From Fibrobacterota bacterium (GTDB lineage Bacteria; Fibrobacterota; Fibrobacteria; UBA11236): a stretch of 32,000 nucleotides of DNA. The DNA is taken from NCBI GenBank assembly GCA_028287505.1, contig JAQBPN010000060.1, forward strand, positions 1 to 32,000. The letters run 5' to 3'. Positions 27,798-32,000 of this stretch are shown here, piece by piece. The notes below the pieces were generated by a model. That model had not been told where the DNA came from. It worked only from the letters and a program-made list of their open reading frames with translations, and made no database searches. Position numbers and translations under genes: made by a program. How positions within the stretch are numbered: position 1 is the first letter of the stretch; every line of letters begins with the position of its first letter.

Positions 27798-28562
27798 TCA
27801 GTCGCTCGGGAGCAGCAGGGTCACGCCGGTCAGTTTTCCGTCCTGGAGAATCAGGGCTTCCCGATTCTTCTGGTCGATCTGGGCGAGTCTTTGTTTGGAG
27901 GATTCCTTGATACGGCCACGATCGTCCAAAAGCAGCTTCTTTTCACCGTCATTCATCATGGCCAGGGCGCTGGACCAGTTCTTCTTGTTCACGGCCGAGA
28001 AAAACTTGTTCACGGTCGCTTTCAACTGGGGGTCGTTCGGATTGTTCGTGGCCAACGGAGCGGCGGCGCTTTCATCTTCCGAAGCGGCGGCGGCGGACGC
28101 GTCCGCCGGAGGAGTGCCCATGGGCCCCTTGGATTCCGAAGCCAAGGCATCGACGTCGGCGGAGGCGGCATCCGGGGAAAGGTTTTCTTCGCTGGCCGCC
28201 ATGGGGTTGGCGTCACCCTGGCGAAGGTTGGGCAGCACGCTGTAGATGCCGGCGATGTGTCCATCTTGCACCCGGATGGCGGGATGGCGGATCAGGGTCT
28301 GCAAACGCAAGGCAAGCAGCATTTTCTGCTTGTCGGTCGGCACCGAGCCCCCTTCCATCATCAGGGCTTTTTCTTCCGGGACCATGTAATCGACGGCTTT
28401 GGCGAAGTTGCGCTTGGAGAGCGACTCGCCGAACCCGGTGAGGAGTTCCAAAAGATCATTCGATCGGGGAGCCTGGGCTACGTCTTTCTTGGTCGAAGAG
28501 CACGCCATGAGCAATCCCATCACGGCAGCCAGGCAAATCCTCGAACTGGATAATGTCTTCAT
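27798..28562 (-). CDS. Uncharacterised lipoprotein
   Basis: Start MKTLSSSRICLAAVMGLLMACSSTKKD (lipobox LMAC); two similar halves separated by an Ala/Asp-rich linker; ORF track start is further upstream (28619). Confidence 0.75.
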   Translation of the reverse strand: MKTLSSSRICLAAVMGLLMACSSTKKDVAQAPRSNDLLELLTGFGESLSKRNFAKAVDYMVPEEKALMMEGGSVPTDKQKMLLALRLQTLIRHPAIRVQDGHIAGIYSVLPNLRQGDANPMAASEENLSPDAASADVDALASESKGPMGTPPADASAAAASEDESAAAPLATNNPNDPQLKATVNKFFSAVNKKNWSSALAMMNDGEKKLLLDDRGRIKESSKQRLAQIDQKNREALILQDGKLTGVTLLLPSD

Positions 28563-28752
28563 AAAAATGGAACCCTTCTGACATCCTGCCATGCGGTAAA
28601 CTGGCCGGAATTTGTCCAATAATATACTCCAAATCCCCCAAGCGGGGGCGGCATTTTACCCGGATTAACGGGTGGAATCAAGGGAGTTCGGGTTCTTTTC
28701 CTTTAGGATTTACGGGATACCCTCAATATCCGAAATTGCCTAAATTGATGCG

Positions 28753-30555
28753 ATGCTGATAGTTCCCGGAAATATGTTGGTAAAGCTCCAAAAACTCCCG
28801 CGGCTTGCGAAACTGGCGGCCTTGGTTTCCAGCCTGTCGATCGCGTCCTGGTGCCAGGGAACGAGCGTGGATTTCCAGGGAACGGTCATCGATGCCAAAG
28901 GCGCGCCCGTCGCGGGAGCCTCGGTCAAATTGCTTGAGTCCTCCCTGGCGACGACGACGGATGCGCAAGGGCTCTTCGCATTGAAAGGATCGGTTTCCAT
29001 CGGCGTGATCCACCGGACCGTTCTGCCGGGAAACCTGAACCTGCGCTACCGGAACGGTATGCTGTTCCTGGAAGGCGCCGGGTCCGGCCGGATCCGCGCG
29101 GAATGGATTTCTCCCGACGGAAGCGTGCGCGCAGTGAGGGGATCGAAAGGGAAAGGGTCTTCCTCCTGGCAATTGGACCTGGACGGATTGGCCGGCCGCG
29201 GCGCGGGCGTGCATTGGGTGCGGATCATCTCCGAGACCGGGAGCAATACTTTCCGCTTCGTCAGCGCAGGGGCCGGGACCCATGGCATCCTGTTCGGCGG
29301 CTCGGTTGCATCCACGGCGGACGCTTCCTCCCGGACTTTGTCCGCCCGGACTCTGTCCGACCGGACCCTGGCGAAGGCGGCCGCATCCGGGTTTGTCCTG
29401 GAGGTTTCCGCCACCGGATTCCTGGCAAAGCGGTTCGCGCAACCCGAACCCGTGAAGGCGGGGCTTTCCCTGGCATTGTTGGCTTCCGGCGCGGGGCTGA
29501 AGGAGCGCATCCAGGATTTCATCGGCGCGGGAAACACCTTCAAGCTCGCCTTCCTCAAGCTGGAAGCTCCCGGATCGCGCAAGTACATCCTCAACTATGC
29601 GGACTTCCAGGAGATGGCGGGCGATACCATGCCCCAGCACGCGTTCGCGGATTCCCGCGGACCGGCGAACTCCCCCTACGGCGCCTTCGCGCCCTCCTGG
29701 TCGCCGGACGGACGCTCGCTGGCCTATGAAACCGGTTGGGAGAATCTCACCACCCCGAACAGCCGCGTTTATATCCAACCGCTTTCGGGCTCGCGCGTCG
29801 ACGGTCCCGGGTATCCGGCCACCAATCCCAGATGGTGGACCGACGGCAAGGATACCTCCCTGGTCTGGTGCAGTTCCGGCAGGGAGGATGCCTGGGCCGA
29901 CACGGCCTCGGCCACGTACCGCCAGAGGGTGGTCGGCGGATCGCTTTCCGGCAGTCCCGAAATCCTGAGCAAGGGAAGCTACAATGCGGGCCTGTCGCCC
30001 GACGGGCGCTATCTCGCCACCGCTTTCCGTTTTGCGTTGATGCAGGAGCTGGATTCCAAGACCAGACGTTTCCTGCACGTGTATCCCGGGCATCCTCCCG
30101 CTTCGGACGGCTCTTCGACCGATTCGCTGCAGGCGTGCAACGGTTCCGTGTCCCAGGATCCGGCCCACCCTTCGCGCATGCTCTTCCTGGATTTCGGAGT
30201 GCCGGACGAACCCTCCTATCCCAATCCCGTGACTCCCAAGCTTTACGCCCAGCACCGCATGATCCTGATCGGGGATTTCGCCTCGGACGCGCCGGGCCGG
30301 ATCGTGGATTTCATTGATTCGCCCGCGGCCGAACTCGCCGTGGAGAACACCTGGGATGATCCCGAATGGACCAACGCCGCCGATTTCGCCGTGGCCACCA
30401 CGCGCGATCCGGACGGCGACAAATCCATCCCCGGCGATCCCGCCTCGACCCAACCGGATATCTACCTGATCAAGCTGAGCACCAAGGAATCGATCAAGGT
30501 TTTTTCCGGCGTCAATCAGGTGCTGCCTGCGGCCTGGATTGGTCCGAAGCCCTGA
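28753..30555 (+). CDS. Secreted protein with carboxypeptidase-regulatory-like domain and TolB/WD40-like propeller segment
   Basis: VDFQGTVIDAKGAPVAGASVKLLESSLATTTDAQGLFAL; FAPSWSPDGRSLAYETGWENL, LSPDGRYLATAF. Confidence 0.75.
   Translation: MLIVPGNMLVKLQKLPRLAKLAALVSSLSIASWCQGTSVDFQGTVIDAKGAPVAGASVKLLESSLATTTDAQGLFALKGSVSIGVIHRTVLPGNLNLRYRNGMLFLEGAGSGRIRAEWISPDGSVRAVRGSKGKGSSSWQLDLDGLAGRGAGVHWVRIISETGSNTFRFVSAGAGTHGILFGGSVASTADASSRTLSARTLSDRTLAKAAASGFVLEVSATGFLAKRFAQPEPVKAGLSLALLASGAGLKERIQDFIGAGNTFKLAFLKLEAPGSRKYILNYADFQEMAGDTMPQHAFADSRGPANSPYGAFAPSWSPDGRSLAYETGWENLTTPNSRVYIQPLSGSRVDGPGYPATNPRWWTDGKDTSLVWCSSGREDAWADTASATYRQRVVGGSLSGSPEILSKGSYNAGLSPDGRYLATAFRFALMQELDSKTRRFLHVYPGHPPASDGSSTDSLQACNGSVSQDPAHPSRMLFLDFGVPDEPSYPNPVTPKLYAQHRMILIGDFASDAPGRIVDFIDSPAAELAVENTWDDPEWTNAADFAVATTRDPDGDKSIPGDPASTQPDIYLIKLSTKESIKVFSGVNQVLPAAWIGPKP
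29330..29374. repeat. Three tandem degenerate copies of a 15-nt unit inside a CDS
   Basis: cccggactttgtccg / cccggactctgtccg / accggaccctggcga, encoding S-RTLSA-RTLSD-RTLAK. Confidence 0.7.
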
Positions 30556-30765
30556 TCGAATGCCGAAATCCGGCGCTTTGCGGGACAATGCTTCCGGTTG
30601 CCTCCGGAGCCGGCGGCCGGCGGCCGGCTGGTTGAGGTTTTCGGGACCGATGGTTTGGACAAGGTCCAACTCCTAAAGCGGACCGGGATCTGCCTCGCTT
30701 CCGGCACATAACCGGGAGCACTACTCCCAGCGTGCCGTCCGGCTTCCGATTATTTTACAAATGGC

Positions 30766-32000
30766 ATGGCCGATAGTAGTTTTCCGTTTTTCGGGGGCGT
30801 TATCCAGTCTTTGAAGCCATCTTCGGTGTTCCTCCTGACGAAAAAGGACGGCGAGTTCCTGCGCGTGATCGCCAGCGTCTCCGTGGTGGTGGCGCATTGC
30901 ATCCATTTCTGGGTGGAGGATTTCTACTCGGCCCGCAACTTCCTCTCCCTGTCCTATCTGTCCACCATCCTGGATCAGATCACCCGGTTCACGGTTCCCT
31001 TGTTTTTCTTCCTGTCCGGATTCGGGCTTACGCTCCAATTCCAGGGCAAGCCTTTGCCGCTGGCGAAGTACTACAAGTTCCGCCTCACCAAAATCCTGGC
31101 GCCTTTTCTCCTCTGGTCCCTGATCACGGCCTTTCGTCATCAGGAATACATCCTGAACATGCCCTGGTCCCAGGATTCCTGGGGCACCACGAAAACGTTC
31201 CTCCGCTTTTTGTTTCTGGACGGTTTCGACTACCAGTATTATTTCGTGATCGTCATCTTCCAGTTCTACCTGGTCTATCCGTTGCTGTATAAACTGGGCC
31301 GGTCCAAGCTATGGATGGGCTTGTTCCTGGCCGTGCACCTGGCTTTCATGTCGCCGGTGGAAACCTACCTGGAGTTGTGGGGCCTTTCCCTGCCCAAGTT
31401 CCACCCGAACATCCTGCTTTTCCATTGGCTGTATTGCTTCGCGGGCATTTACGCCGCGTTCAACAAGGATTTTCTCGCCAATCTGCTGACCCGCTGGAGC
31501 AACCGCAAGGTGGCGGTCTTCTGGGTAGGCACGGTCCTTTTGCTGAACTTCGAATTCCTCATGAATATCGTGAACGAGAAATACCTGTTCGATACGGATC
31601 ATTTCAATCGTTGGGCCGTGGTCCTGTATTGCCTTGCCAGTCTGATGGTGTTCATGAAGGCCAAGCGGCTGGTGGCCGATAGGGTCTATGCGAATCCCCG
31701 GTGGCAATTCCTGTTCACGCACGTGGCGCCTTTCACGTTCTTCGTCTACCTGGCGCATACCCACGTGCTGAGGGTGGTGGATTATCTCCTCTGGGAAGTC
31801 ACCCTTTTCGATTTCCTCAACCGTATCATCCTGGTGGTGGCGGGGTCCTATCTGCTGGCCTGGTTCGCCCAATGGCTGCTGGAGGATTTCCCCCGTTTGC
31901 GCTTTTACCTGGGTCTTCCCAACAAACCCAGCCTGGATTGGTCGCAAGTTCCCGGGGCGGGTCTTTTCAAGCTTCGCCGACCGAACCAGGATTTGACCTC
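30766..32000 (+). CDS. Acyltransferase family 3 (OafA/WecH-like) integral membrane protein, truncated by window end
   Basis: Manual translation from ATG 30766: MADSSFPFFGGVIQSLKPSSVFLLTKKDGEFLRVIASVSVVVAHCIHFW...RFTVPLFFFLSGFGLTLQFQGKPLPLAKYYKFRLTKILAPFLLWSLI..., no stop to nt 32000. Not listed in the supplied ORF track. Confidence 0.85.
   Translation, partial: MADSSFPFFGGVIQSLKPSSVFLLTKKDGEFLRVIASVSVVVAHCIHFWVEDFYSARNFLSLSYLSTILDQITRFTVPLFFFLSGFGLTLQFQGKPLPLAKYYKFRLTKILAPFLLWSLITAFRHQEYILNMPWSQDSWGTTKTFLRFLFLDGFDYQYYFVIVIFQFYLVYPLLYKLGRSKLWMGLFLAVHLAFMSPVETYLELWGLSLPKFHPNILLFHWLYCFAGIYAAFNKDFLANLLTRWSNRKVAVFWVGTVLLLNFEFLMNIVNEKYLFDTDHFNRWAVVLYCLASLMVFMKAKRLVADRVYANPRWQFLFTHVAPFTFFVYLAHTHVLRVVDYLLWEVTLFDFLNRIILVVAGSYLLAWFAQWLLEDFPRLRFYLGLPNKPSLDWSQVPGAGLFKLRRPNQDLT

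Overview
Ordinary high-GC bacterial chromosome, probably from the Fibrobacterota/FCB group (inference only, not verified). From left to right: the 3' end of fliE and a flagellar basal-body/export operon (fliF-fliG-fliH-fliI-fliJ). This is followed almost without a gap by a ~1.5 kaa secreted multi-domain protein with a FlgD-Ig/T9SS-like C-terminal end. Next are secA and an overlapping tmk. A compact minus-strand cassette follows: two DUF4331-like exported proteins and a membrane-anchored TPR protein. Then come a C-terminal processing protease (S41), a CgeB-like glycosyltransferase with a possible helical-repeat tail, and a DUF2807/GIN-type lipoprotein. These are followed by a multi-spanning membrane protein resembling a sugar transferase, a tiny YjfB/PF14070-like putative motility protein, murA, an orphan ParA-type ATPase and several secreted or lipoprotein hypotheticals. 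The window closes with a right-truncated acyltransferase-3 membrane protein that the ORF track omits. I see no CRISPR array, rRNA, tRNA, transposase, phage gene or recognisable defence module. The observations most worth a second look are: (1) a 13-codon mini-ORF bridging fliJ and the giant secreted gene (ATGA...TGATG); (2) the tight DUF4331a-DUF4331b-TPR cassette; (3) the YjfB-like small protein with a proline-rich insert beside murA-parA; (4) short structured tandem duplications at gene ends. No complete novel system is demonstrated.
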